Shown here: in pieces, positions 32,901 to 43,580 of the stretch
Layout of the letters: each line of letters opens with the position of its first letter
Position numbering within the stretch: position 1 is the stretch's first letter
From: Microcoleus sp.
GTDB lineage: Bacteria; Cyanobacteriota; Cyanobacteriia; Cyanobacteriales; Microcoleaceae
NCBI GenBank assembly: GCA_052279835.1
Contig: CP181291.1
Location: 5,984,001 to 6,048,000, forward strand
Direction: 5' to 3'
DNA length: 64,000 nucleotides
Translations under genes and position numbers: made by a program
The notes under the pieces: generated by a model
Told to the model about the DNA's origin: nothing
Databases searched by the model: none
What the model saw: the letters and a program-made list of their open reading frames with translations, nothing else

Positions 32901-35189
32901 AATGATGGGGTTGCTGGGGATGGGGAGGAGAGTTTTGATGATTTAGAATCCCTGTTGATTCTGGAGGGTACAGAGGCTGTAATGGCTGCTGTGCCGCTCG
33001 CTAGTCAAACTCCTGTAAACACAGAAGTTTTCTCCGACTTGGAGGAGATGTTGAGCGAAAGCAAAACTGTGCCGGAAATTTATGGGCGATCGACTCTTAC
33101 TCCGGCCACCGGCTCCTCCCAGCAGGGGCGGGATGACTTTAGCGATCTCGAAGCACTGCTGGATGAACCCAAGGAAGGGGTGCGTCAGGGTGAGGCAGGT
33201 ATGAGTTCGCGTCCGGGGGGGATTCGACCCAAGGGGCCTCGTCAGGGATTTGGCGACCAAACTATGCGAGTGCCGGTGAAGCAACTGGATAACCTCAGTA
33301 ACTTGATGGGGGAACTGGTGGTGAATCGGAATAGTTTGGAACAAGACCAGGAACGGATGCGGCAGTTTTTGGATAACTTGCTGCATCAAGTGACTTTATT
33401 GAGTGATGTCAGCCAACGGACTCAGGATTTTTATGAGCGGAGTTTGCTAGAAATTGCGCTCTTAGCGAATCGGCAAGGGCATCGCTCGGCTTGGCGATCG
33501 GAGGATTCTGCCCACCAGCGCGATGGAGCTTGGAAGCCTGAAGAAATGGATCGGTTTACTCCTTTCCACAGTTTGGCTCAGGAGATTATTGAGTTAATCG
33601 TGCGGGTGCGGGAGTCCGCGGCAGATATTGAGTTTTTGGTGGATGAAGCAGATCAGGTGACTCGTCAGTTGCGACAGGTGACTACTCAGTTGCAGGAAGG
33701 ATTGACTAAGGCTCGGATGAAGCCCTTTGCAGAGACGACCGATCGCTTATTCCGTGCTGTGCGAGAAGTTGGGATTAAATGCGGGAAGCAGGCTCAGTTG
33801 CAAGTGGAAGGAAAAGAGATTTTGATTGACAAGATGATTGTGGATCAGCTCTATGACCCCATGACTCACTTGGTGAATAATGCCATTACCCATGGCATTG
33901 AGTCGCCAGAGGTGCGCTTGGCCGCTGGGAAACCTGCCATGGGAAGGATTACGATTCGGGCTTTTCATCAAGGAAATCAAACCGTAATTTCGGTGTCTGA
34001 TGATGGGGCTGGTATTGACCCTCAGAAGGTGAAGGCTAAGGCGATTAAGCAAGGTTTGTTGACGGCGGCTCAGGCTCAGAGAATGACTCGCTCCGAGGTT
34101 TATGAGTTGTTGTTTAGACCTGGTTTTAGCACTCAGGAACAAGCTACAGAGTTTGCTGGCCGTGGGGTGGGGATGGATGTGGTCCTGACTTCTTTGCAGG
34201 AGATTCGGGGGACTGTGGGCATTGATTCTACCCTTGGTAAGGGGACTGTGTTTACGATTCGATTGCCTTTGGTGTTGAGTATTTCTAAGGCTTTGTGTTG
34301 TATTAGCGATCGAGCTCGGATTGCCTTTCCCATGGATGGGGTTGAGGATATGATTGATGTTCCTCGCGATCAGGTGACGAAAGGAGCTGATGGGCTTCCT
34401 TGCATCGATTGGCGTGGTTCGATTTTGCCTTTCCGTCCGCTGCGAGATTTGTTGGCTTATCATCGCCATTTGGGCCGTGGCAGTGTTTATGGCTTTAATA
34501 CTGACGATGACATGATTTCGGTGATTGTGTTGCGCTCTGCTGGCAATTTCTTGGCCGTGCAGGTGGATCAGGTTTCTACTGAACAGGAAATTGTGATTAA
34601 GCAGTTGGAAGGGCCTGTCCCCAAGCCGGTGGGGATTGCTGGGGCTACTGTGTTGGGGGATGGTCGGATTGTGGCGATCGCCGATGTTCTGGAGTTGATT
34701 GATTTGGCTACTGGCAGGCTGCGGAAGGATGCTGGTGGTACTTTGTGGGATGAGGGCGATCGGGTTCCTGTTGAGCCGGTGGAGGAGAAGGCTGAGCCGA
34801 CGGTGTTGATTGTGGATGACTCGATTACGGTGCGATCGCTCCTATCAATTACTTTCGAGAAGTCTGGCTATCGTGTGGAAGAAGCTCGCGATGGTAAGGA
34901 GGCTTGGGAGAAGATGAAGTCTGGTTTGCCTTGCGATATCGTGTTCTGCGATATTGAAATGCCTCGAATGGATGGTTTGGAGCTGCTTTCTCGAATGCAG
35001 AAGGATGCTGTTTTGTGTGAGTTGCCGATCGCGATGTTGACTTCTCGTGGTGCTGACAGACACCGCCAAATGGCTTACAGTTTGGGCGCGAAAGGTTATT
35101 TCACCAAGCCTTATTTGGAGGAGCAATTGCTCGATGCTGCTGCTCGGATGTTGAAGGGTGAGGTTGTTGGTGCTCCGGTTGGTGTTTAA
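29961..35189 (+). CDS. cheA: CheA-like hybrid histidine kinase (PilL/HmpE-like; Hpt, acidic linker, HATPase, CheW, REC)
   Basis: FRAAHSVKGGA Hpt, HLVNNAITHGIE, DDGAGID, GRGVGMDVV, C-terminal receiver. Confidence 0.95.
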   Translation: MQAEQQQRIMGYFIEEAKDHLNTIEQGLLNLQATIEDPELVNEVFRAAHSVKGGAAMLGLTSIQQTAHRLEDSFKILKECSVKVDQQLESLFLRIFDTLQGLLEQLSGPFGLTEELGEQMVRDLEPVFQELNGHLGGLVGYRVGDGEESSPFLPVSMMGMMGAMASSGAVVDSRGTGGWGGEVPEGSVRMVFESDVPARMREMLQEFKQSETNQSKNRLKNICGSLRLAGEEFGLGCWIELIEVVERAIANPENSYRTLAPIAIKDIKQAQELVLAGMESSIVVGARLRELALVADSETDFEDLLAFAQPGSVNSRLSTEEDKTWNLVEDGDSGEQLMLPAISGLSIDELFDKLDSGDTNDYAGGRSPQFGDSPGFGDSELESSSWRVSTRTGPEVGAAELNTLADLFDGESPDLDGDWEGEDELEETTISGFPTRGLLQPDDGDSSADFTDLLLDDYPTVVSDVGSVGAVGDLTSLFGSDLLSGESGEFDSAQSLEDEYGMLARGAVPPMDGRSGGGLAESQESDDPLGKLLDEVAARAAVMDDVGFDNGLSRQLETSETSELSPEDIFEDLAGWDESDGEVSLSAIAPQDQSQELAEVSSPLKIADSEAEADVDLDLSELLGITSDFLSSESDSTEQKDDGDLAGLEARNQEIDSLFNMTPDADLDISDDENWLENALAQEESASLEDGSESDLDLDALFGGVSESGMELDEEIEPIGVGGAGVRSQEAADLVELFDSVPTGIDHEDESLEDINTAQWLSFEDVAESPDVELSLSERNIGGALDSLAVNLPESELEPGSVKISRGDNRMNRNFDDENTFDLLEDMFGEGMDASASEAAAPSSAELEESLPVVADDSLDENGADLFEGLSAMTGELTGDDEDDLFEVLSRSVSSGDLEVMSSQLSDDGFGGEIGLLAALETGATLDTADLDGFDDLLDSIDAGALVTSELTSGFWDTEESPTTDTSELDGSSLSGFFEGNDGVAGDGEESFDDLESLLILEGTEAVMAAVPLASQTPVNTEVFSDLEEMLSESKTVPEIYGRSTLTPATGSSQQGRDDFSDLEALLDEPKEGVRQGEAGMSSRPGGIRPKGPRQGFGDQTMRVPVKQLDNLSNLMGELVVNRNSLEQDQERMRQFLDNLLHQVTLLSDVSQRTQDFYERSLLEIALLANRQGHRSAWRSEDSAHQRDGAWKPEEMDRFTPFHSLAQEIIELIVRVRESAADIEFLVDEADQVTRQLRQVTTQLQEGLTKARMKPFAETTDRLFRAVREVGIKCGKQAQLQVEGKEILIDKMIVDQLYDPMTHLVNNAITHGIESPEVRLAAGKPAMGRITIRAFHQGNQTVISVSDDGAGIDPQKVKAKAIKQGLLTAAQAQRMTRSEVYELLFRPGFSTQEQATEFAGRGVGMDVVLTSLQEIRGTVGIDSTLGKGTVFTIRLPLVLSISKALCCISDRARIAFPMDGVEDMIDVPRDQVTKGADGLPCIDWRGSILPFRPLRDLLAYHRHLGRGSVYGFNTDDDMISVIVLRSAGNFLAVQVDQVSTEQEIVIKQLEGPVPKPVGIAGATVLGDGRIVAIADVLELIDLATGRLRKDAGGTLWDEGDRVPVEPVEEKAEPTVLIVDDSITVRSLLSITFEKSGYRVEEARDGKEAWEKMKSGLPCDIVFCDIEMPRMDGLELLSRMQKDAVLCELPIAMLTSRGADRHRQMAYSLGAKGYFTKPYLEEQLLDAAARMLKGEVVGAPVGV

Positions 35190-35194
35190 GCCGA

Positions 35195-35620
35195 CACACC
35201 CCCAGCCCCTCTCTAGAGGGGAGTTAGATCCGGTTCTCCTGCTGGGAGGTAGGGGGGTAGGCACGCACCATCCACTACCCCTACAAAGCCCTCGTTTTTT
35301 GGAGAATGAAACCGCCCTGCTCGTGGGCGGGTCTAGATCCGGTTCCCCTCCTGGGAGGGGCTAGGGGTGGGTCTTATTTCCCATCATTGTTTTTTTTGAC
35401 AAGGAATCCGCCCTGGTTAAGAAGGGGCCAAGGAGGAGACGGCAAGGCCCATAGGTGTCAACTTAAGGTCAAATCCAGTCATAGACTGCTGTTTGACTAT
35501 TAAGGCCAGATCCCCCCTAGCCCCCCTTAAGAAGGGGGGGACAAGAGTCGGATCTTTCGTCCCCCTTCCCCCATCCCCCTTGGGGGGCAGGGGGGGTGGG
35601 GATGCGAGGGGGGTCTAGAC
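35195..35620. repeat. cluster of GC-rich palindromic dispersed repeats
   Basis: CCCCTCTCTAGAGGGG, CCCCTCCTGGGAGGGG, CCCCCCTTAAGAAGGGGGG and CCCCCTTGGGGG hairpins. Confidence 0.65.
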
Positions 35621-35793
35621 TTAGGTAAAAGCGAGAGATACCAAGGATTTCAGGCGATTGTTGACACTAATGGGCAATGCCGTATCCCTACCCCCAAAAT
35701 GAGTTCCGTTAACAAACCGGATTTTTGCCCAGGCGCGTTTGGTTTTGGTGCTAGGCTAATTTGTGGGGTGTATAGAAGGGCGATCGATTATTT

Positions 35794-37017
35794 ATGGATG
35801 CTGAAGAACTTTTAGAAAGATACGCTAAAGGCGAACGACAATTTCATTCAGCTATGCTCAGAGGGGTAGACCTCAAAGGTGCAGACTTAAGTGGGATAGA
35901 CTTAAGCTCCGCAAACTTGACAGCAGCAGAGTTGAATGAGGCAAACTTAACGAAAGCAACCCTTAATGGTACAAACCTCACGAAGGCATCTTTGAAAAGT
36001 ACGAATTTGAGCGGGTTAGTACAAGCTCAATCTGCAAACTTCACTGATGCAGATTTGTGCGGTGCTAATTTGAGTAAAGCCAATTTGAATTCTGCTAATT
36101 TTAGTAATGCCAACTTGAATGAAGCAAACTTAAGTGATGCCCAACTAACTGGTGCAAACTTCACTGAAGCATCTTTGATTGAAGTGTGTTTGAGTAGAGC
36201 TAAACTTAACAGTGCAAACCTGACTAAAGCAAACTTGACTGAAGCAGACTTAAGTCGGGCAGATATAACTAGCATAACCATCAAAGATACTAATCTTCAG
36301 GGAGCCAAGCTGCGCGGTGTCAATTTATCTCAAAAGGACTTGTCGGGTATCAATCTAGCAGAAGCCGATTTAGCTGGAGCTGAATTGACAGACATAAATC
36401 TGAGAAACGCTTGTTTGCGGGGTGCGAATTTAGAGAGGACAGGTCTTCACAGAGCTAATTTGATCCGAGCAAATCTGGAGGCTGCTAAGCTTAAGAGAGC
36501 AGATTTGACTGATGCCAAGACTTATGGTATGAATATCAAAAATGCAGACTTCACTGGTACAATCATGCCCGATGGAGAATTTTACAAACCGGAAATTTAT
36601 CAACAAGAATCCCAAAAAGTAACATCTATGACGCGCAAAATTATTCGTACTGACAAAGCCCCCGCACCCGTGGGCCCTTACAATCAAGCGATCGCCGCTT
36701 CTGGTACTATGCTGTTTGTAGCTGGCCAAATTGCGATCGACACTAGACTAAACGATATTGTCTACACCGACGATGTAGCAAAACAAACACAACAAGTTAT
36801 GGCAAATCTCGAAGCCATTCTCACAGAAGCCGGTGCGACTTGGTTGGATGTGGTAAAAACTACGGTGTTTCTCAAAGATATGAATGATTTCGCTGCTGTG
36901 AATGCGGTTTATGGGAAGTATTTTGATGCGGAAACAGCACCGGCGCGCGCTTGTGTAGAGGTTTCGCGTTTACCGAAGGATGTGTTAGTTGAAATTGATT
37001 GTATTGCTGTGATTTGA
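35794..37017 (+). CDS. pentapeptide-repeat protein fused to a RidA (YjgF/YER057c/UK114) domain
   Basis: A(D/N)LxxA repeats followed in frame by APAPVGPYNQAI...PARACVEVSRLPKDVLVEIDCIA. Confidence 0.88.
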   Translation: MDAEELLERYAKGERQFHSAMLRGVDLKGADLSGIDLSSANLTAAELNEANLTKATLNGTNLTKASLKSTNLSGLVQAQSANFTDADLCGANLSKANLNSANFSNANLNEANLSDAQLTGANFTEASLIEVCLSRAKLNSANLTKANLTEADLSRADITSITIKDTNLQGAKLRGVNLSQKDLSGINLAEADLAGAELTDINLRNACLRGANLERTGLHRANLIRANLEAAKLKRADLTDAKTYGMNIKNADFTGTIMPDGEFYKPEIYQQESQKVTSMTRKIIRTDKAPAPVGPYNQAIAASGTMLFVAGQIAIDTRLNDIVYTDDVAKQTQQVMANLEAILTEAGATWLDVVKTTVFLKDMNDFAAVNAVYGKYFDAETAPARACVEVSRLPKDVLVEIDCIAVI

Positions 37018-37431
37018 TTTCCTCTTTTTCTTAAATCTCTGACTCGTTCAATCTGTCGGGGGTTTGGTTATATGGGAATTATTTAACCGCAGAGAACGCA
37101 GAGGGCACAGAGGGAGAGAAGAGAGATGGTTGATATTGATTTATGCCTCCCTCTAAGCATACTTCATATTTTCTTCAGTCCGCGTAGGCGGACTTCGTTT
37201 GTGTAGTTGCGGTTTCAACCGCCGAATGATACTGAGGGGAAAGTGCGCGAATTTATTAACTCTAACAGCCGATCGCACTTGTCGATCTGTCGCTGTCGCG
37301 CACCCTACTCCTAAATCAATCTGAAAACAATCAGATTTAATTTCAATTAGCAATTAGGAATTACTAATTACCAGTTACCAATTAGCAATTAGCAATTACT
37401 CTAAAAGCAATTACCAATTACCAACTGTCAA

Positions 37432-39585
37432 CTATTTATTCAACGCTTCACGGGCGGCAACCGCTTCGTCAGGATGAATATTCAATCGGGTCAAATTGAT
37501 CCGACCTTTATTGTCAATTTCTCGCACTTTGACAATCACTTCGTCGCCGACAGCTAACTCATCTTCCACTTTGCCAACGCGGTAGTCGGCTAACTGCGAA
37601 ATGTGAATCATGCCTTCTTTTCCGGGCAGAATTTCCACAAAAGCGCCGATCGGAATAATCCGAGTAACGTGGCCAACATACACGTCTCCTGCATTCAACT
37701 TGCGTGTCATGCCTTGGATAATGCTGTGAGCTCGTTGAGCTTTTTCGCTGTCGTTGCCGGCAATTGTGACGGTTCCGTCGTCTTCGATGTCAATTTTGAC
37801 GCCGGTTTCTTCGGTGATGGCTTTGATGGTTTTGCCACCTGGTCCAATTACTAAACCGATGAATTCGGGGTCGATTTTCAGGGTTAGCAAACGCGGTGCA
37901 AAGGGCGACATTTCCTTGCGGGGAGTGTCGATGGTTGACAGCATTCTTTCTAGAATGTGCAGTCTGGCTGGTTTGGCTTGGCGGATGGCATTGGCAATCA
38001 CATCTAAGGGTAAACCTTTGATTTTCATGTCCATTTGCAAAGCAGTAATCCCGGTGTCGGTACCGGCTACTTTGAAGTCCATGTCGCCTAAAAAGTCTTC
38101 AATTGCCTGAATGTCAGTCAAAATTCGGACTTCATCGCCTTCTTTAATTAACCCCATTGCTGCGCCGCTGACTGGTTGGGACAGGGGTACGCCTGCGTCC
38201 ATCAGGGCTAGGGTTGAGGCGCAAACGGAACCCATGGAGGTGGAACCGTCGGAAGAGAGAATTTCCGATACTACGCGAATCACGTAGGGGAAGTCTTCTT
38301 TTGATGGCAACACTGGGACTAGGGCTCGTTCTGCTAGGGCTCCGTGACCGATTTCTCGGCGTCCGGGCGATCGCATGGGTTTGGTTTCTCCCACGGAAAA
38401 GGGCGGGAAATTGTAGTGGTGCAGGTAGCGTTTGTCTTGCTGTGGGTGCAAGTCGTCTGCTAAGTCTTGGGCATCGCCTGGGGTTCCCAGGGTTGCTGCC
38501 GACAGCACTTGAGTCAAGCCCCGATTAAACAACGCACTGCCATGTACTCGCGACGGGAGGACGCCGACGCGACAAGAAACGGGTCTGACCTCGTCTAGCT
38601 TGCGGCCGTCTACACGGACGCCATCTTCGAGGATTTGCTTGCGCATCATTTTTTTGGTGACGTCCTTGAAAACGTTGCCGATCGCCTTGCTGTTGGCGGT
38701 GGCGGCTACTTTTACCGGATCGTCTTCGGAGAGTTCGGCGATCGCAGCTTCTACTGCATTTGCCTTAACTTCGTCCAAAGCTGCGTTGCGCTGATTTTTG
38801 TCTTGTTCAAATTTAGACAAAATAAAGCGGATTGGGGCTTCGGCGCGATCGCGAATAAAGTTTTCCAGGGCTGAGTCTAGGGATGGCCGTTCTTCCACCA
38901 CCAAATCTATGCCCAATTCTGCCATGATTTCCCGTTGGGCTTGAATCAAGTCACAGGTTGCTTCGTAGCCGAAGTCGATCGCCTCGATGATATCCTGTTC
39001 TGGCAATTGGTTAGCGCTGGCTTCCACCATGATTACTCCATCTGGAGAACCCGCCACCACTAAATCTAATTCGCCTTCTTTGATTTCGCTGTAGGTAGGA
39101 TTGATGATGAAGTCGTCTCCTACCAAACCAACTCGGACTGCTGCCATGGGTCCATAAAAGGGCATTTTCCCTAGCAAGATCGCTACGGAAGCCCCTGTCA
39201 CCGCCAAAACGTCTGGGGGTACTTGTTCGTCCATTGACAGCGTTGTGGCGACGACTTGGATGTCGTCTCTGAGCCAGCTTGGAAATAGCGGACGCAACGG
39301 TCGATCGATCAAACGGCCCGTGAGAGTCACTTTTTCTGGGGGACGGCCTTCCCGGCGCAAAAATCCACCGGGAATTTTACCACCTGCGTACAGTCTCTCT
39401 TCGTAATCCACTAACAGGGGCAGGAAATCAATTCCTTCTCTCCCCTGGGAGCGAGTTGCCGTCACTAAAACCGCCGTGTCACCCGACTGAATCAAAACTG
39501 CACCGCCTGCTTGAGGCGCTAGTAAACCAATCTTCAGTCTAATATCCCGTCCATCAAAGGATATTGACTTGTCTATCTCTACCAT
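37432..39585 (-). CDS. pnp: polyribonucleotide nucleotidyltransferase
   Basis: [36 protein letters not shown] and S1 domains. Confidence 0.97.
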   Translation of the reverse strand: MVEIDKSISFDGRDIRLKIGLLAPQAGGAVLIQSGDTAVLVTATRSQGREGIDFLPLLVDYEERLYAGGKIPGGFLRREGRPPEKVTLTGRLIDRPLRPLFPSWLRDDIQVVATTLSMDEQVPPDVLAVTGASVAILLGKMPFYGPMAAVRVGLVGDDFIINPTYSEIKEGELDLVVAGSPDGVIMVEASANQLPEQDIIEAIDFGYEATCDLIQAQREIMAELGIDLVVEERPSLDSALENFIRDRAEAPIRFILSKFEQDKNQRNAALDEVKANAVEAAIAELSEDDPVKVAATANSKAIGNVFKDVTKKMMRKQILEDGVRVDGRKLDEVRPVSCRVGVLPSRVHGSALFNRGLTQVLSAATLGTPGDAQDLADDLHPQQDKRYLHHYNFPPFSVGETKPMRSPGRREIGHGALAERALVPVLPSKEDFPYVIRVVSEILSSDGSTSMGSVCASTLALMDAGVPLSQPVSGAAMGLIKEGDEVRILTDIQAIEDFLGDMDFKVAGTDTGITALQMDMKIKGLPLDVIANAIRQAKPARLHILERMLSTIDTPRKEMSPFAPRLLTLKIDPEFIGLVIGPGGKTIKAITEETGVKIDIEDDGTVTIAGNDSEKAQRAHSIIQGMTRKLNAGDVYVGHVTRIIPIGAFVEILPGKEGMIHISQLADYRVGKVEDELAVGDEVIVKVREIDNKGRINLTRLNIHPDEAVAAREALNK

Positions 39586-39885
39586 GTAGCACTGCTTCCT
39601 TATCTACCACATTCTTTCTCTGTCGGGATCGTAACATTAACCACAGGGCTTTGAGAGGAAGCGGGGAAAAGAGAGCAATAATTGTGGTTCGATCGAGGTT
39701 TTGCGCCGAAATCATGAGTAATTATACTCTCCCAGGATGCGGGCTCTTCTGGGAGCGATGGGGCGATCGCCCGCCGCATCTCTGAAATAGGTGGTAGGAT
39801 CTTCGTTTGGGCATGGGGCAAAGTCGGAGTCCGGGATTGGACACAGGAGATATGGCCAAGGTGTTGCTGAGGAATGGAAACCCAT

Positions 39886-40052
39886 AAATAACCAATAACC
39901 CTTAGACTACCCTTCGGCGAAGCAGAGTTCTTAAGCGCGAGCTAGCACCGCAAATAACAAATAACCCTTCGACTTCGGTGGCTGGCGACGCCAACAACCA
40001 ATAACAAATAACAAATAACCAATAACAAATAACCAATAACAAATAACCAATA
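39886..40052 (+). repeat. STRR heptamer array (CAAATAA/CCAATAA) interrupted by two GC-rich inserts
   Basis: Tandem heptamers with inserts at about 39901-39950 and 39966-39997. Confidence 0.75.
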
Positions 40053-40062
40053 CTTAAATAAT

Positions 40063-43000
40063 ATGGCAATTTTACACGGTAGTTGGATAGTCGATTCACA
40101 AGAAAGTTATTTATTTATTTGGGGGGAAACTTGGCGAAAAATTGGGGCGATCGATACCGAATCGGGGACGAATTTTAGCTTTCCCTTGGCCATGACTGAA
40201 GCTGAGTTGAAAACTTTCCTAACTTCTTTGCACCAGTCCGGTAAACTGAATTGGCTGTTACCGGAAACCTCACTTCGACTAAGCTCAGTTACCGCCGAAA
40301 CTCTACAGGAAAAAGGCAAAAAAATTAGGCGATCGACAAAAAATCACAACCCAGAAGTGACAGCAGACAACTCATCGATTCGACCAGAAATTCAGGCGAT
40401 CGCACTTCCTACCCAAATCTCCACATCTAACATCAATCTGGTGTTACCACAGCACTCGGCAGCAACATTGACAGCAGAAGACAATGACAATCTTTACCTT
40501 TTTCCCTGGGAGATAGAGGGATTTTGTCTCAATCCTCAAGCAGCTTTTATTTTCTTGCAAGCACTACCGCTCAATAGCACAGCAACTGACTCTTTTGTCG
40601 GTTCAGATTTGCGTTTTTGGTCTTATATTGCTAGATGGAATTTAGATTTGTTGGCCAGATGCAAGTTTTTACCAGCCTTAGAAATACAGTCTGACGGTTC
40701 GGCTATTGCTAAATGGCAACCTCTGTTAGATAGTTCTACAGATCAACTTCGTCTTGCTACTTTTAGCAAGCAAATGCCGACGGCTTGTCGAACATATCAA
40801 GGGAAGTCAGCCCCCTTCAACTCTACCCAAGGGGGGAAAAAGGGAAGTCAATTTCCTTTAGCCGTGGATTTCCCGGTGGATGCGCAGGAGTTGATTTTGG
40901 GATTTTTGAGCAGTGTTTTAGACAGTCAAGTGCGATCGGCTATTAGCTCAAATATGGGCTCAAATTTAGAAATCAAAACAGTTTCTCCAACCCGCGAATG
41001 GCTGCAATCTTTGCAGCAGGAATCTGGGATAGTTCAAGCAGAATCAGCGGCTTTAGAAAAATTGGCAACTAAGCTGAGTGATTGGAGATCACCGCTGCAA
41101 AATGCACTATCTCAAAAAAATCAATTTCGCACTTGTTTTCAACTGATACCGCCCTCCCCTGGTAAAACTGAATGGAGTTTAAATTATTGTTTGCAAGCAG
41201 TAGAAGAAAATGAATTTTTGGTAGATGCGAGAACTGTTTGGAACAATTCTGTGGAGAGTTTTAATTATGCAGGCAGGACTATACAACTACCTCAAGAAAC
41301 TTTGCTCAGTGGCTTGGGTTTAGCTTCAAAACTTTATCCGTTAATTGAACCTAGTTTGCAAGCACAGCGCCCTCATTGTTGTTTGTTAAAACCTTTAGAT
41401 GCTTACAATTTTATCAAGTCTGTGGCTTGGCGATTCACTGACAGCGGATTGGGCGTAGTTTTGCCACCGAGTTTGTCTCATACTGATGGTTGGGCTAGTC
41501 GTTTGGGTTTGAGCATTCAAGCCGAAACTCCCAAAATAAATTCTGCTAAGGGGGGGTTAGGATTGCAAAGTCTGTTAAGTTTTAAGTGGGAATTGACGAT
41601 CGGGGGACAGCGCATTTCTAAGGCTGAATTTGACAGATTGGTAGGATTGAATTCCCCTTTGGTGGAAATTAACGGCGAGTGGGTGGAATTGCGCGCGCCG
41701 GATGTCAGGGCTGCTCAAACTTTTTTTGCTAGTCGCAAAGAGCAAATGACTCTTTCTTTGGAAGATGCTTTGCGTTTGGCGAATGGTGATTCTCAGACAA
41801 TTGAGAAACTGCCGGTGGTGAATTTTGAAGCAACTGGTCAACTTCAGGAGTTGTTGAATACTTTAAATAATAATGAGGCCGTAAGTGCGATCGCTCCGGC
41901 TAGTTTCCGAGGAAAATTGCGGCCATATCAAGCCCTAGGAGTTGGCTGGTTAGCTTTCTTGGAAAGATGGGGTTTGGGCGCTTGTCTCGCGGATGATATG
42001 GGTTGTGGGAAGACGCTTCAGCTCATTGCATTCTTGTTACATTTGCAAGAAAATGAAGCACTGGAAAATCCAACATTAATAGTTTGTCCGACATCGGTAT
42101 TGGGTAATTGGGAACGGGAAGTCAAGAAATTTGCCCCGACACTAAAAGTGTTATTGCACCACGGAGAAAAACGTGCTAAAGGGAAAGTATTTGCTACGGC
42201 AATTAAGGGCAAACATTTAATTATTACCAGTTATTCCTTAGTGTTTCGTGATGCGAAGGAAATTCAAAGCACTAAGTGGCAAGGATTGGTTTTGGATGAA
42301 GCGCAAAATATTAAAAACTCGGAGTCTCAGCAGTCGAAAATAGTACGAGAAATTGAAGCATCTTTTAAAATTGCGCTGACAGGAACTCCGGTGGAAAATA
42401 GACTGCAAGAATTGTGGTCGATTTTAGAGTTTCTGAATCCTGGATATTTGGGACCTCGCAATTTCTTTCAGCGCCGATTTGCGATTCCCATCGAGAAGTA
42501 TGGAGACAGGGAATCTTTGCAGAGTTTGCGATCGCTCGTGCGGCCTTTTATCCTCCGTCGCCTCAAAACTGACAAATCAATCATCCAGGATTTGCCCGAA
42601 AAACAGGAAATGACTGTATTTTGTGGATTGGCAACTGAACAGGCGACATTATATCAGCAAATAGTTGAAAAGTCAATAACAGAATTGGAATCTGCCGAAG
42701 GTATTCAGCGCCGGGGCATGATTCTGGCTTTGTTGGTAAAACTCAAGCAACTTTGCAATCATCCGGCTCTTTTGACAGCTAAAGAAAACCCGAAATCCTT
42801 GGCAATTAAGAGTCAGGAGTCGGGGAAATTGCAGCGGTTGTTGGAAATGTTGGAAGAAGTTGTCGCTGAGGGCGATCGCTCTTTAATTTTCACTCAATTT
42901 GCCGAATGGGGAAAACTGCTCAAACCACATCTAGAAAAGCATTTAGGTCGAGAAGTTCTGTTTTTGTATGGCGGAATTAAGCAGCAACAGCGGGAAGAAA

Positions 43001-43377
43001 TGATCGATCGCTTCCAGCACGACCCCCAAGGTCCACCGATTATGATTTTATCCTTAAAAGCTGGCGGTACTGGTCTTAATTTGACCAGAGCAACTCATGT
43101 TTTCCACTATGACAGATGGTGGAACCCAGCAGTAGAAAATCAGGCGACTGACCGGGTATTTCGCATTGGTCAAACCCGGAATGTTCAAGTACATAAATTT
43201 GTGTGTACTGGCACATTAGAGGAAAAGATTCATGATATGATTGAAAGCAAGAAAGCCTTGGCTGAACAAGTAGTCAGTGCTGGAGAAAACTGGATTACCG
43301 AGTTAGATACAGACCAACTTCGGAATTTACTAATTCTCGATCGCAATGCTATCATAGAATCTAGTGATGAAGACTAA
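40063..43377 (+). CDS. SNF2-family helicase (DUF3670 + SNF2_N + helicase C)
   Basis: LADDMGCGKT, LDEAQNIKN, LTGTPVEN, GGTGLNL, DRWWNPAVENQATDRVFRIGQ. Confidence 0.95.
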   Translation: MAILHGSWIVDSQESYLFIWGETWRKIGAIDTESGTNFSFPLAMTEAELKTFLTSLHQSGKLNWLLPETSLRLSSVTAETLQEKGKKIRRSTKNHNPEVTADNSSIRPEIQAIALPTQISTSNINLVLPQHSAATLTAEDNDNLYLFPWEIEGFCLNPQAAFIFLQALPLNSTATDSFVGSDLRFWSYIARWNLDLLARCKFLPALEIQSDGSAIAKWQPLLDSSTDQLRLATFSKQMPTACRTYQGKSAPFNSTQGGKKGSQFPLAVDFPVDAQELILGFLSSVLDSQVRSAISSNMGSNLEIKTVSPTREWLQSLQQESGIVQAESAALEKLATKLSDWRSPLQNALSQKNQFRTCFQLIPPSPGKTEWSLNYCLQAVEENEFLVDARTVWNNSVESFNYAGRTIQLPQETLLSGLGLASKLYPLIEPSLQAQRPHCCLLKPLDAYNFIKSVAWRFTDSGLGVVLPPSLSHTDGWASRLGLSIQAETPKINSAKGGLGLQSLLSFKWELTIGGQRISKAEFDRLVGLNSPLVEINGEWVELRAPDVRAAQTFFASRKEQMTLSLEDALRLANGDSQTIEKLPVVNFEATGQLQELLNTLNNNEAVSAIAPASFRGKLRPYQALGVGWLAFLERWGLGACLADDMGCGKTLQLIAFLLHLQENEALENPTLIVCPTSVLGNWEREVKKFAPTLKVLLHHGEKRAKGKVFATAIKGKHLIITSYSLVFRDAKEIQSTKWQGLVLDEAQNIKNSESQQSKIVREIEASFKIALTGTPVENRLQELWSILEFLNPGYLGPRNFFQRRFAIPIEKYGDRESLQSLRSLVRPFILRRLKTDKSIIQDLPEKQEMTVFCGLATEQATLYQQIVEKSITELESAEGIQRRGMILALLVKLKQLCNHPALLTAKENPKSLAIKSQESGKLQRLLEMLEEVVAEGDRSLIFTQFAEWGKLLKPHLEKHLGREVLFLYGGIKQQQREEMIDRFQHDPQGPPIMILSLKAGGTGLNLTRATHVFHYDRWWNPAVENQATDRVFRIGQTRNVQVHKFVCTGTLEEKIHDMIESKKALAEQVVSAGENWITELDTDQLRNLLILDRNAIIESSDED

Positions 43378-43417
43378 AGCTTTTTTCGTTATTCCTTTGC
43401 AACCGGATTTGATATGA

Positions 43418-43547
43418 TATAAAATCCTCTCTTCATCGTCCTGTATTAAACTCTCTCTTCTCGAACTTCGCGTCCTACCCTACGGGAACCCCTGCGGGGA
43501 ACGCGCCTTCGCGGTTAAATCACCTGACGATACAACCGGAATTGATA
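43418..43547. mobile_element. MITE family B copy (TGA TSD)
   Basis: TGA|TATAAAATCC...TACAACCGGAATTGATA|TGA. Body shared with 60341-60472. Confidence 0.75.
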
Positions 43548-43580
43548 TGACTTCTTCCTTCTTCCTTATTCCTTCGGCTT

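Noticed and set aside
32003..34469. Long antisense ORFs within cheA (likewise within the FHA-CHAT, MCP and pnp genes)
   Set aside because: Shadow frames of well-supported genes with no motifs of their own.
37153..37265. Possible ncRNA or MITE between the RidA fusion and pnp
   Set aside because: Hairpins are present (GTCCGCGTAGGCGGAC), but there is a single copy in the window and no clear TIR or TSD, so it cannot be classified.
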